NCBI GenBank assembly: GCA_021816845.1
Contig: JAKAWT010000001.1
Location: 134,087 to 198,086, forward strand
Length of the DNA stretch: 64,000 nucleotides
Reading direction: 5' to 3'
DNA from: a bacterium
Lineage (GTDB): Bacteria; Patescibacteriota; Dojkabacteria; JAKAPS01; JAJZLI01
The notes beneath the pieces are model-generated. The model saw nothing but the letters and a program-made list of their open reading frames with translations. It did no database searches and was not told the origin of the DNA. Below are positions 1 to 9,639 of the stretch, piece by piece (positions within the stretch are counted from its first letter, which is position 1; each line of letters starts with the position of its first letter). The translations under genes and the position numbers were made by a program.

Positions 1-129
1 TCCATTTGAAACTGGAACTGTAATATTTACCTTGGGATAGACATGTTTGACTTCAGTTTTATGCAAACCTACAAACAAGCCTATGCCCACTACTGCTATT
101 GCTACCACTAATACCAAGACCTTCCGCAC
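1..129 (-). CDS. 5' part of a secreted or membrane-anchored hypothetical protein (runs off the left edge; not in ORF track)
   Basis: Minus strand reads GTG-RKVLVLVVAIAVVGIGLFVGLHKTEVKHVYPKVNITVPVSNG, open to position 1; AGGAGG (cctcct at 137-142) 7 nt upstream; N-terminal hydrophobic helix. Confidence 0.7.
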   Translation of the reverse strand, partial: MRKVLVLVVAIAVVGIGLFVGLHKTEVKHVYPKVNITVPVSNG

Positions 130-288
130 CACTAAACCTCCTTTGTGCTATTACAGACAAAAAAACCATGAGACGTTTGTGTACCTCTAGATTATTAAAG
201 AACACTGAACATTATATCATATAATAATGTACTTACAGCAAATATCGAGTTAGATAATTAAACAAGTATGAACGAAGGTTATAATTAT

Positions 289-696
289 TTAATGAAATTT
301 AGATCTAATTTTTACAAGGTAAAGCAATACTCCGATACCGACTAAACTTGATATAGTGAAAATATTATTAAATGATTTAGATATAAAAGATAAATAAATA
401 GAGTATAATACAGCAAGGAATATAGTTACCCAGTATAGTATATATCCATATCTTTTCATCCTCATCAATCCTATACCACAAACTATATTCATAATTCCAT
501 AGATAAGCGCTGCAAAACCAAGAGATATCAGTGACAGAGAAAATTGATGAAAACTAGAGAAGATAAATATAAGTCCAATAAATACTGGGAATACGCCACT
601 TAAAGTATACAGTACCGCTATTATAGATACTAAAATAGGTCTCTTTATATTAAAATTTGTATTTGTTAAATTATTATTGGAGAGTTCCTGTTTCAC
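289..696 (-). CDS. 4-TM hypothetical membrane protein
   Basis: KRP..VSIIA motif followed by four hydrophobic segments. Confidence 0.75.
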   Translation of the reverse strand: MKQELSNNNLTNTNFNIKRPILVSIIAVLYTLSGVFPVFIGLIFIFSSFHQFSLSLISLGFAALIYGIMNIVCGIGLMRMKRYGYILYWVTIFLAVLYSIYLSFISKSFNNIFTISSLVGIGVLLYLVKIRSKFH

Positions 697-729
697 AATA
701 TCTAGTTAAATAATGTAACGATTTTAAAC

Positions 730-1134
730 CTAACTTCCGACTACTTTACTACTATCAAAAAATGCTTCTACCTCATCAATAATTTGATTTGGTAACAAAT
801 TGGACTTTACAAAATAACCGTTAGCCCCAATATCAAAAGCATTCTTTATTATCTCATCATATCCAAGATTAGTAAGCATAAAAATTGGCAAATTTTTTGA
901 TTTATTTTCGGTAGATCTAATTTCTTTTAAAACATCAATCCCTGTTTTTTTTGGGAGCATAATATCAAGCATAATAAAATCAAAATCATCTGCTAATGCT
1001 TTTGATACAGCATCTTCTCCATCATAAGCATTAACCACAGCATACCCTCTCTTGGTAAAAAATTGGTTATATATATCTGACAGAAAAAGATCATCTTCAA
1101 CTATTAATACCTTTTTACTCTTCACTTCATCCAT
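730..1134 (-). CDS. single-domain response regulator (receiver only)
   Basis: VLIVEDD, phospho-site LDIMLP, LTN and YFVK motifs; no output domain. Confidence 0.95.
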   Translation of the reverse strand: MDEVKSKKVLIVEDDLFLSDIYNQFFTKRGYAVVNAYDGEDAVSKALADDFDFIMLDIMLPKKTGIDVLKEIRSTENKSKNLPIFMLTNLGYDEIIKNAFDIGANGYFVKSNLLPNQIIDEVEAFFDSSKVVGS

Positions 1135-1156
1135 AATACGATACTATAAAAAATTA

Positions 1157-2122
1157 TTAGCTACTTTTCAATGCATTATCTGGTAAAGAAAAATAGAAAG
1201 TTGAACCTTTTTTTTCTTTACTCTCCACCCACATTTTTCCTTTATGCATATTTATTATTTTATCTGCTATATACAGACCAAGTCCAGTACCCTTAACCTG
1301 TATCTCACTATTTTCTGCTCTAAAGAACTTTTTAAATATATTATTAATATTTTCTTTAGATATACCTATACCATTATCCTTTACACTAACAATAAAATTA
1401 TCATCTTCTTTCCTAACTTCTACAACAATTTTACCACCCTGTAATGTATAATTTATAGCATTATTTATTAAATTAGACAATACTTCCTCTATTTTTAATT
1501 TATCAGCTATTAAAGGTGCATTAGTAAGCTCAGTTTTTAGTGTAATTTGTTGTTTTTTTTGTGATACATATGAATAAAAATCGTCAATTATTTTTTTTGT
1601 CACATCTAATAGATCGAATTCTTGTTTGTCAATAGTTAAAGAACCTTCATCCATCAAAGATACACTTAAAAGGTTCTCTAAAAGGCTTAAAAGGTGCTGA
1701 GATTGAAGTTCAATTTTCTCTACATACTTTTTCACATCTTGAGATACACCTTTAGATATTTCTGGGTCATTTAGAAGTAGGTATGCATACCCTTTAATAA
1801 TTGACACTGGGGACCTAATTTCATGAGCCACAATTGATATAAATCCTATATTCTTATTAGTACCATCATCACCTAAATTAGATTTAACATCTTCAGATTT
1901 TATATTTAATACAAGATTTTCTATATCCTTAAATTTCTTATTTACATTATCTTGTATCTCATACAAAGCGAACAACACAAAAAATATTATTACAAGGAAT
2001 AATATCCAAAAGATTAGAAAAAAAGAGAAAAATGACGATATATAAAAATTCAAAACATAACCTAAAACAACAAAGATTAGGAAAAATCCAGCTATTTGAA
2101 ATATTTTTTTTATATCATCCAT
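1157..2122 (-). CDS. membrane sensor histidine kinase
   Basis: 2 TM; H-box VAHEIRSP, N-box NLINNAINY, G1 DNGIGI, F-box IFKKFF, G2 GTGLGL. Confidence 0.95.
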   Translation of the reverse strand: MDDIKKIFQIAGFFLIFVVLGYVLNFYISSFFSFFLIFWILFLVIIFFVLFALYEIQDNVNKKFKDIENLVLNIKSEDVKSNLGDDGTNKNIGFISIVAHEIRSPVSIIKGYAYLLLNDPEISKGVSQDVKKYVEKIELQSQHLLSLLENLLSVSLMDEGSLTIDKQEFDLLDVTKKIIDDFYSYVSQKKQQITLKTELTNAPLIADKLKIEEVLSNLINNAINYTLQGGKIVVEVRKEDDNFIVSVKDNGIGISKENINNIFKKFFRAENSEIQVKGTGLGLYIADKIINMHKGKMWVESKEKKGSTFYFSLPDNALKSS

Positions 2123-2249
2123 CTGTGTTACAGTATATCAGTATACATATATACCTGTATACTAGTGTACAAAAAAGGTCATCTTTATACAATCCTACCT
2201 AATCATTGGTGTTCCAATAGAAAATATTTTAAGTTATAATAGACTATAT

Positions 2250-2651
2250 ATGGATAAATATTCATTATTTACAGATGCAGGATCAAGGGGAAACCCAGGT
2301 AAAGCATCATATGGTATATGCTTATTTAAAAATGACAAGCTTCTTGATTTTGATGGTAGATATTTAGGTATCAAAACAAATAATCAAGGTGAGTTTACAG
2401 CTTTAAAAGAAGGTATTTTAATTGCAATAAAGCACAATATTAAAAATCTAGATTGTTTTTCAGATAGTGAACTTTTAATAAAGCAAATAAATCATGAATA
2501 TAAAGTTAAAGATCAATACTTAAAAGGAGTCATCAAAGAAATTTATGATTTATCAGAGAATTTTGATACAATTACATTTACTCATGTCAGACGTGAGTAT
2601 AATAAATTTGCCGATAAAATGGTTAATATAGTATTAGATGCAGCAGGATGA
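2250..2651 (+). CDS. rnhA: ribonuclease HI (short archaeal/Gram-positive-like type)
   Basis: FTDAGSRGNPG, TNNQGE, DSELLIKQ, HVRREYNKFAD motifs. Confidence 0.9.
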   Translation: MDKYSLFTDAGSRGNPGKASYGICLFKNDKLLDFDGRYLGIKTNNQGEFTALKEGILIAIKHNIKNLDCFSDSELLIKQINHEYKVKDQYLKGVIKEIYDLSENFDTITFTHVRREYNKFADKMVNIVLDAAG

Positions 2652-3343
2652 ACAAAAATAGTCAATACATTGAACTAGATACATATCTAAAAATTATAAA
2701 AAAAAGATTTAGAATAATAATTTTAGTACTTATAATTTTTATACTAGGAGGATACATATATTCTGTATTAACTCCCACCACCTATCAAAGTTCAATAAAT
2801 ATATATACTACTGATGCGTTGGATATGACTAACTATCTACAAACTAATCATGCATTAAATACTGCTTATACAATATTTAAAACACTCAACACTAAAAGAT
2901 ATTCTAATTTTCAATTAAGTTATTTCAGGAGAAATATAAGATCAGTGCAGGTTGGACAAAGTATAGTATCACTAACAATAACAAATACAAATAAAAATGT
3001 GGCAATAGATTTTACAAAGGCTTACCAAGAAATGATAAGCTCAAAAAAATTTGATAGTATAATAAATAATATACTTTTAAAGGATTATAAAAGTTGTTTA
3101 AAAGTCAGAAATGCTACCATTGCTACAAATTCAAAATATAAACTACAAGAAAATGTTCCAGTTTGTATTGAGACAAAACTTATTATAAATAAACCATCCT
3201 CTATAGTTACAGTATCAACTAAACCTTCTAAAACAAAAGATGTAATATTATTTTTGATCGCTGGAGTATTCATAGCTTTCTTTGTGGCTACATTACTTGA
3301 ATATACATCTTCAAATCCAGATTCTAATGATAAAAACAATTAA
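2648..3343 (+). CDS. Wzz/CapA-like polysaccharide co-polymerase (chain-length determinant)
   Basis: IEL..YLKII N-terminus, TM then P..YQS, C-terminal P-rich segment and second TM ending LLEY; ATGA overlap with rnhA. Confidence 0.7.
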   Translation: MNKNSQYIELDTYLKIIKKRFRIIILVLIIFILGGYIYSVLTPTTYQSSINIYTTDALDMTNYLQTNHALNTAYTIFKTLNTKRYSNFQLSYFRRNIRSVQVGQSIVSLTITNTNKNVAIDFTKAYQEMISSKKFDSIINNILLKDYKSCLKVRNATIATNSKYKLQENVPVCIETKLIINKPSSIVTVSTKPSKTKDVILFLIAGVFIAFFVATLLEYTSSNPDSNDKNN

Positions 3344-4187
3344 TACTGATTATATAGATGATGCTTTATATACTATAAAAAAACTCCATGGAGATGTATA
3401 TATAAATATAATAGATGAGGACATTACACCAGAGAAAGAACTGAAAGAGGAACTTTCAAATATAGATATATTTGGATCTAGACGTTATTTTATAATTAGG
3501 AACCCAAAGACAATATTATCATTTGCCAAAGATATAGAGACTGAGGATTATATATATATACACACCAATAAGAAAGTCAAAGGTATTGATGAGATTTTAA
3601 TTAAGAAGCAAACTTTGGAAAATTTTATTAGAGAAGAATTTTCAAGATATGAAGTTTTGATAGATACAAATGTAATAAAATTTATTGTATCAAATGTTCA
3701 GGATAATAGATTATCATTAAAAAATGAAATAAGAAAATGTATCTTTTATATATACCCAGAAAAAAATATTAAAGATATATATCAAATTAAAGATATATTA
3801 GTTCCTGACACTGAAATCCTAATCTGGAATATACTAAATTACATAGTTGATAATTCAAAAAAAGATATAATACAGGAATACAAAAGACTTAAAGCACAAA
3901 ATACAGATAGTATATATATATTAACAATGGTTTTAAGACAAATTAAAATAATACTACTTGTATTATCAATGAAAGATAATTCACCAACAAAAATCATGGA
4001 GGAACTAAAAAAAAGTAAGATTAATACGAGTATATATGGAATTAATAGAATTAAGAGGAATATAGAAAAATATTCAGAAGATAAATTAACATTAATATAT
4101 CATAAAATGATAACTTTATATTCTTCTTCAAACGGCGGAAAAATAGACATTGATACAGGATTACTTTTACTACTTCTTTTCATGTAA
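3327..4187 (+). CDS. holA: DNA polymerase III delta subunit (divergent)
   Basis: DIFGSRRYFII, LKNEIRK, IWNILNYI, K.S.GG.ID C-terminal pattern; ATG 3327 preferred over the track's GTG 3282. Confidence 0.75.
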   Translation: MIKTINTDYIDDALYTIKKLHGDVYINIIDEDITPEKELKEELSNIDIFGSRRYFIIRNPKTILSFAKDIETEDYIYIHTNKKVKGIDEILIKKQTLENFIREEFSRYEVLIDTNVIKFIVSNVQDNRLSLKNEIRKCIFYIYPEKNIKDIYQIKDILVPDTEILIWNILNYIVDNSKKDIIQEYKRLKAQNTDSIYILTMVLRQIKIILLVLSMKDNSPTKIMEELKKSKINTSIYGINRIKRNIEKYSEDKLTLIYHKMITLYSSSNGGKIDIDTGLLLLLLFM

Positions 4188-4217
4188 CAGTCACTTTAAA
4201 AGGTAATCTATTAATCT

Positions 4218-5333
4218 CTAATGTTTAGTTCTTCTTATTATCCTTCTTTTAAATCCATTAATCAGAAGTAGGTCATTATAATACCCATATGCAAGTCCCA
4301 TTAGAAGAATACCCATACCTAGAGCAAAAAGTATATATGTAGGCCAGTCCGTTCCAGTATTAGGTAATGATGTTGAAGTAGGATTTACAGTTAATACTAC
4401 TGTACATGGATTTTGGAGGGAATTACCCGCACTATCTGTTACTCCAGATAATGATATAGTGTACTGCACTGGAGAACTTCCTGATACAGATGATGGAACA
4501 GCCCAAGTAGCAGAGCTTCCTGAAGACGAGGGTGTTAAAGTTCCTCCTTGAGGAGAAATTTGCCATTGAGCATTAGAATAATCTATAGTTGCAGAAGAAT
4601 TTGAATCTGTTATACCTGATTGTATATCTGCAGGTACAGTACTACCTGCTTGGAAAGAAGTCGTGTTAGAACCATTTTGAGTTACCGTAAAGTTATTACA
4701 CGTGAGTGCAGGAGTTGTAGTTGAAGCAGTAGAACTAGCACACTGTGATGCATCTAGGTTATTACTTGTTATTGGTGCTGACTTCGTACCGCTAGAATTT
4801 TGTATCCATGCAGTAGCAGAATAAGTATCTTTATTATTACCTGACCATGTAAAAGTCCCTGATAAAGAACTTGTGGATTCTGGATTAAAAGTATATATCC
4901 CTTGTTTTGAAGTCGTTACATCAGAAATATAACCATTAACAGTATATGTAGAGGATGTTCCAGATGGAGCAACCCAAGTTGTCGTTAAGCCTGGAGAACC
5001 CATTGTACATGATAGTTTTAACGATGAAAGAGTCTGTATGATAGTAGATGATGATGTAGACGACGACGTAGACGATGATGTAGAGGTTGAAACAGATGTA
5101 GGAGGTGTCTGTGCATGAGCATTTGTTGTATTGTTACTCCCTATATGTGTCTTATTAAAATTGATAGCAATAAGTACTGTTAATCCAGCCAATATAAGAA
5201 GACCCGTGACAATTAGTATTCTAAAAGTATTCTTCCTTTTTCTTGCAAGTTTAGCAGACATTGAGTCGAGCTCTTCTATGTCCTGGTATACTACACTATT
5301 TTTTTTATCAGTCAAATTAGGTTTTTCTTCCAT
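4218..5333 (-). CDS. Ser/Thr-rich cell-surface protein with LPXTG-type sorting signal
   Basis: N-terminal TM, S/T linkers, Cys-flanked beta-rich domains, then LPNTG + TM + KRRIIRRTKH tail. Confidence 0.8.
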   Translation of the reverse strand: MEEKPNLTDKKNSVVYQDIEELDSMSAKLARKRKNTFRILIVTGLLILAGLTVLIAINFNKTHIGSNNTTNAHAQTPPTSVSTSTSSSTSSSTSSSTIIQTLSSLKLSCTMGSPGLTTTWVAPSGTSSTYTVNGYISDVTTSKQGIYTFNPESTSSLSGTFTWSGNNKDTYSATAWIQNSSGTKSAPITSNNLDASQCASSTASTTTPALTCNNFTVTQNGSNTTSFQAGSTVPADIQSGITDSNSSATIDYSNAQWQISPQGGTLTPSSSGSSATWAVPSSVSGSSPVQYTISLSGVTDSAGNSLQNPCTVVLTVNPTSTSLPNTGTDWPTYILFALGMGILLMGLAYGYYNDLLLINGFKRRIIRRTKH

Positions 5334-5426
5334 AACATTATTTCTACTATATTTAAATATAGATTTTTAAATATATTTTGTCAACCTAGGCTTATACATA
5401 CAATTTTGTCAAATTTTTTGAGGTAT

Positions 5427-7094
5427 TTATATACCTTCTTCTTGCCATATCTCCAAATTATTACCTATAAGTTTTAGAAAGTTGACATTATACAAAGATA
5501 TATATTTTAAATTATATAGAATTTTGACAGCTGGATAATATGGATCACAACCTCCAAGATCTCTATAATCATATATACCATTATATCCTATTAAACTGCC
5601 ATTGATGACTAATTGTTTATAATTTCTCAAAGTAGTACTGTTAGCTCCTCCATATGAACCATTTGTCCCACCAACACATACAGGTTGTACAGGTGGTTCA
5701 CACCCTGGTGCAGAACCACCTGAGGTGCATAAAAGTCCACTCCAGGTAACAGTTGTGCTACCAGAACAATTAGCATATTTGGTAGACTTTACTGTAAAAG
5801 TTATTGGTGTATTAGGCACGGAACTAGGATCACCTTCTGATACATTAGTAGGAGAACCACTATATACTACAGAACTTGTAGACACAGAACCAGTATTAGA
5901 TGATATATCTAGCGTGTCACCATTAGGTGCAAGCACCCCATTAAGTTTTTCTGTAATACCCAAAGTAGTATCCCCACCTACTGTAGGATTTGAGGGACTA
6001 GCAGATACTATTATTGAACATGTACTGCTACTACCACCTCCTCCCCACTTTATAGTAATCTGACCAGAACAATTAGAATACCTCCCAGATGCCACTGTAA
6101 ATATAACAGTATTGGGGGACGACCCTGGATCATACTCTGTTGGATTAGATATCCCTAAGCTATTTGTTGTTGGATTTGTTTTGGTTGGAGTACCATCATT
6201 TGATGTTATCTTTAAAGTATCTCCACTTACATTAGACCCATTATATGTCTCGTGGATAGTGAAAATTGTATAGCTGCCTGACGCAGGATTTGTTGTGCTA
6301 GCAGATACTGTTATTGAACACCCCGTTGGTGATGTAGACGCATTTGTATATATTTTAACAATAAAATTATATGTAATCCCATTGGAGAATATAAGATTCC
6401 CTAGACTAATACTGTTGCTAGATAATCCTTGTCCATTTGTCTCTGTGATACTAACACTATTATAACTACTTGGTGGAGATATACTCAATGTAAAAGGTGA
6501 GAACCCACAATCTAGATAACCATTGGAAGACAAATAATAAACACCGTTACTATTAGTTGATCCAGAAGCTGAATAATATTTGGAAGGTGCAGCTCCAGGC
6601 CCATTTTGAACTCCAGGACGTGGATAAGTAGGATACTGGTAATTATTTTCTATACCCTGATTTATACTATAGTTTCCGTTAGCAAAATCCCAGCATCTAT
6701 ATCCAGATTCACAACCAGAGCCCTGAAACCAATAATTCCAATATGGCCCCCATCCACCATATGAAGTGGAATCTCCACCAAATCCACTGGGAGGGGTACT
6801 TCTTATAGTAATACCTACAGTATTATACTTACTTACTGTACCATTGGATGCGTAATCATATGCTGTAACATTTATTCCTACACTACCATCAGTTACAGGT
6901 ATATTACTGTTACAATTGTCTCCATTCGCAGGTACATTAGTACACTCCCAATAATTACTACTCTGACCTCCACTTCCTCCAACTATAGATGCATGTGCCG
7001 GTTTTGCAGATACAGAAGACAACACTAAAAATACAGTAAAAACCAATAAAATAATACTTAATAATCTTTTACTTATAACAAAAATATTCATCAT
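5427..7094 (-). CDS. secreted surface protein with two Ig-like repeats and a CPR-type C-terminal domain
   Basis: Signal peptide ending AHA-S; two ~93-aa repeats; C-terminus QLVINGSLIG..RDL..PAV..Y..WQEE. Confidence 0.75.
   Translation of the reverse strand: MMNIFVISKRLLSIILLVFTVFLVLSSVSAKPAHASIVGGSGGQSSNYWECTNVPANGDNCNSNIPVTDGSVGINVTAYDYASNGTVSKYNTVGITIRSTPPSGFGGDSTSYGGWGPYWNYWFQGSGCESGYRCWDFANGNYSINQGIENNYQYPTYPRPGVQNGPGAAPSKYYSASGSTNSNGVYYLSSNGYLDCGFSPFTLSISPPSSYNSVSITETNGQGLSSNSISLGNLIFSNGITYNFIVKIYTNASTSPTGCSITVSASTTNPASGSYTIFTIHETYNGSNVSGDTLKITSNDGTPTKTNPTTNSLGISNPTEYDPGSSPNTVIFTVASGRYSNCSGQITIKWGGGGSSSTCSIIVSASPSNPTVGGDTTLGITEKLNGVLAPNGDTLDISSNTGSVSTSSVVYSGSPTNVSEGDPSSVPNTPITFTVKSTKYANCSGSTTVTWSGLLCTSGGSAPGCEPPVQPVCVGGTNGSYGGANSTTLRNYKQLVINGSLIGYNGIYDYRDLGGCDPYYPAVKILYNLKYISLYNVNFLKLIGNNLEIWQEEGI
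5742..6320 (-). repeat. intragenic duplication of a ~280-bp Ig-like domain (6045-6320 and 5742-6020)
   Basis: CSITVSAS..NP..GDTL.I.SN.G..DP.S.PNT..FTV.S..Y.NCSG..T..W occurs twice; DNA gcagatactRttattgaaca at 6001 and 6301 (300-nt offset). Confidence 0.85.
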
Positions 7095-8026
7095 AATTGA
7101 TATACTACTATATTATCTTTCAATCTTAAAGAATTTATCATATCATTATAATTGCCATATGTTCCTTGGGATTTATTGGAAATATTAAAATAATAAATAC
7201 CTATAAACTTATTTCCCACATTTTTTATATAGCTATTATCATAATTATAAATAGTCGATATACTACCAAGCTTTTGGTTTATTATATTATTAAACATAGA
7301 AAGAGTGGGATACGTTGTTAATTTAGAATCATAATTGTTGAAGTTTAAATCTTGGTAATTTGTTATAAAACCAAGATAGGGTTTATTTGATATAAAACTA
7401 TTTATATTTTGTATATACATTGGATCCTTTATAATATTACTATGCCACATAGTTATTAAAGCCTTCGCATAATTTTTCCTACTACCGTATGGGATAGGAC
7501 CAGAAGATCCAATTGTATACCATGAATATATAGAACCTATTACTGTACCTGAAACATTTTTTTCAAGTATTTGTTCTATATTCTTCTTAACAAGATTCTG
7601 ATAAGTATAATCATATGTCTGAGTAGATAATTTAATTGGTACCCCAGAAACTGTATTGGGAACATCATTTGTAGCATAAATCTCCAATTTTGTAGGAAGA
7701 TCATTATGTGATTTCAGGTATTGATACTCAACTTCATAGTTTATAAAATTATTTAATTGATTTTGGTAATTTGTTTTGCAACTATTTACATACGTACCAT
7801 ATCTATCACAGTTATATGATATCAGTTCCGATCTAGTCAATATTTTTCCATTAATTGTAGCTACAGTAGGATTAGAGCTTAGAAGGTTGCCTATAGAATT
7901 GATTTGAGGAATAATAAAGATTAACAATATAATGACAAGAAGTAATACCGAAAACATAAAAAAATACGCTTTTTTACGATCACTAAAAAAACCATTAATA
8001 TTTTGCTTATCTATCATATGTACCAT
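7091..8026 (-). CDS. membrane-anchored protein with SurA N-terminal-like segment
   Basis: N-terminal TM then VATINGKILTRSEL; no clear PPIase motif; overlaps the downstream gene start. Confidence 0.55.
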   Translation of the reverse strand: MVHMIDKQNINGFFSDRKKAYFFMFSVLLLVIILLIFIIPQINSIGNLLSSNPTVATINGKILTRSELISYNCDRYGTYVNSCKTNYQNQLNNFINYEVEYQYLKSHNDLPTKLEIYATNDVPNTVSGVPIKLSTQTYDYTYQNLVKKNIEQILEKNVSGTVIGSIYSWYTIGSSGPIPYGSRKNYAKALITMWHSNIIKDPMYIQNINSFISNKPYLGFITNYQDLNFNNYDSKLTTYPTLSMFNNIINQKLGSISTIYNYDNSYIKNVGNKFIGIYYFNISNKSQGTYGNYNDMINSLRLKDNIVVYQL

Positions 8027-8146
8027 ATTAATATGTCTTCATTTTTTTTTCAACATAAAAATAACATCTATAGTTTTCCTAATAAAAGATTATTAATATT
8101 AGATATAATGGCCTATTAAATTTATCACTATATTTTTTATTATTGA

Positions 8147-9199
8147 TTAAAGATATTTTTGAATATTGTTAATTTGTCCTTGGGATGTTACTGAATAATG
8201 AAGATGACCATTTTTACCAGATAAAAAATACCAATATGGGTTTGGTGTAGATTTAAATGTAGATTTTATGGAAATTAACCCAGGAGAACAAATTGGTGTT
8301 GGAGGAAGACCAGCATTTAATCTTGTATTATATGGGGAATTTATAGCAAGATCTGCAGCTGTTATATTAGTTCTCCACCACTTTTGTTCATTACTATCAA
8401 ACCCCAATAAATATTGTACAGTAGCATCAGAACCTAATGGAATTCCAGCATCATATCTACGTATAAATATATTCGCAACTAATGGTTTATCACTGTTATA
8501 AAGTGTTTCTCTCCTTACAATTGATGCAACTGTGATATTCTGATAAAAATTGAGATTATTTGTACTTGTAATTTGGAATTTTGTATAAGGTATATATATA
8601 TTTTGCTCAAATGCACCAAGCTCCTTATTAATAATATACTTTGCATCAGCATTCTTTGGTATTTCATATGTACCTGGGTATAAAAAACCTTCTACAGAGT
8701 TACCCGGAATCTGACTCAAGAATAGATATCCAAATGAGTGTGCATCATTATGTGCAATATATCTAAAATCTGTTACGGAGAAATTATATGAAGGATTATC
8801 CAAAGAAAGTTCATTGCGTATAACATTGGCAACCTCACCTATTCTTAGACCTGATGGTATAGTAATAGATGTATAGAAAGGACCTTTATTAAAATTATTA
8901 AGTAGTGTTTTTAAATCCTCACCATTATATATCCTATATAATCCTGGAGAGAAGGTAAAAAATGGATTTGAAGTATCAATATATATTTTAGTTGCAATAA
9001 TAGATTTTATGGATCCATTAATCTTTAAAGAGTTTAATACTTGATCTTGAGATTCATTTTGTTTAACTTGGAATCTAATGTATGAACCATTACTGTCTAC
9101 ATTACTTCTAAACCCAATATCAGAAGTATACAGAGTATATAAAAATATAATTATACCTAAAAATACTACTATTCCAATTATAGTAAATTTTCTATTCAT
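8147..9199 (-). CDS. mltG: endolytic transglycosylase MltG
   Basis: TIPSGLR, EGFLYPGTY, ASIVRRET, SPYNTR..GLPPTPICSPG, YWYF motifs. Confidence 0.92.
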   Translation of the reverse strand: MNRKFTIIGIVVFLGIIIFLYTLYTSDIGFRSNVDSNGSYIRFQVKQNESQDQVLNSLKINGSIKSIIATKIYIDTSNPFFTFSPGLYRIYNGEDLKTLLNNFNKGPFYTSITIPSGLRIGEVANVIRNELSLDNPSYNFSVTDFRYIAHNDAHSFGYLFLSQIPGNSVEGFLYPGTYEIPKNADAKYIINKELGAFEQNIYIPYTKFQITSTNNLNFYQNITVASIVRRETLYNSDKPLVANIFIRRYDAGIPLGSDATVQYLLGFDSNEQKWWRTNITAADLAINSPYNTRLNAGLPPTPICSPGLISIKSTFKSTPNPYWYFLSGKNGHLHYSVTSQGQINNIQKYL

Positions 9200-9203
9200 A
9201 AAG

Positions 9204-9635
9204 TTATGAATCTATAACATTAGAACCTTGACTCCTAGAGTCCTGACTCCTAGAATCTAAATATTCTTGGAGTATCAATTGTGCTGCTATATCATCTACC
9301 CTGTCTCTTCTACCTCTACCAGTTTTTTTTAAAATTAACCCTGCATCATATGTTGTGAGAGTCTCATTCCAGTATATAACTTCTATATCTCTCATATCTA
9401 AAGTTTTTATAAAATTCTTTACTTTATCTGAAGATACGCCCTCATTTCCATCATCATCAAGTGGCAACCCAACAACAATTCTACTTATTTTATATGATAT
9501 TACAATATTATTAAAATTATCTATAAAGGATTTATCATTTTTGAAAATCTTATACCTAGATGCAATGATAGCATTATCATCAGATATTGCTATACCTATC
9601 CTCTTTTCTCCATAATCTATTCCTAAGGTTCTCAT
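9204..9635 (-). CDS. ruvX: RuvX/YqgF nuclease
   Basis: LGIDYGEKRIGIAISD, VVGLP, WNETLTT, DDIAAQLILQEYL; conserved alaS-ruvX-mltG order. Confidence 0.93.
   Translation of the reverse strand: MRTLGIDYGEKRIGIAISDDNAIIASRYKIFKNDKSFIDNFNNIVISYKISRIVVGLPLDDDGNEGVSSDKVKNFIKTLDMRDIEVIYWNETLTTYDAGLILKKTGRGRRDRVDDIAAQLILQEYLDSRSQDSRSQGSNVIDS
9228..9257. repeat. 15-bp imperfect tandem duplication encoding DSRSQ-DSRSQ at the RuvX C-terminus
   Basis: ttgactcctagagtc / ctgactcctagaatc. Confidence 0.7.
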
Positions 9636-9639
9636 ACTA

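Noticed and set aside
5040-5100. 12-bp tandem repeats (gatgatgtagac-like)
   Set aside because: They simply encode the Ser/Thr linker of the surface protein
8147-9199. Inactive MltG (SIVRRET instead of SIVEKET)
   Set aside because: The catalytic second Glu is retained
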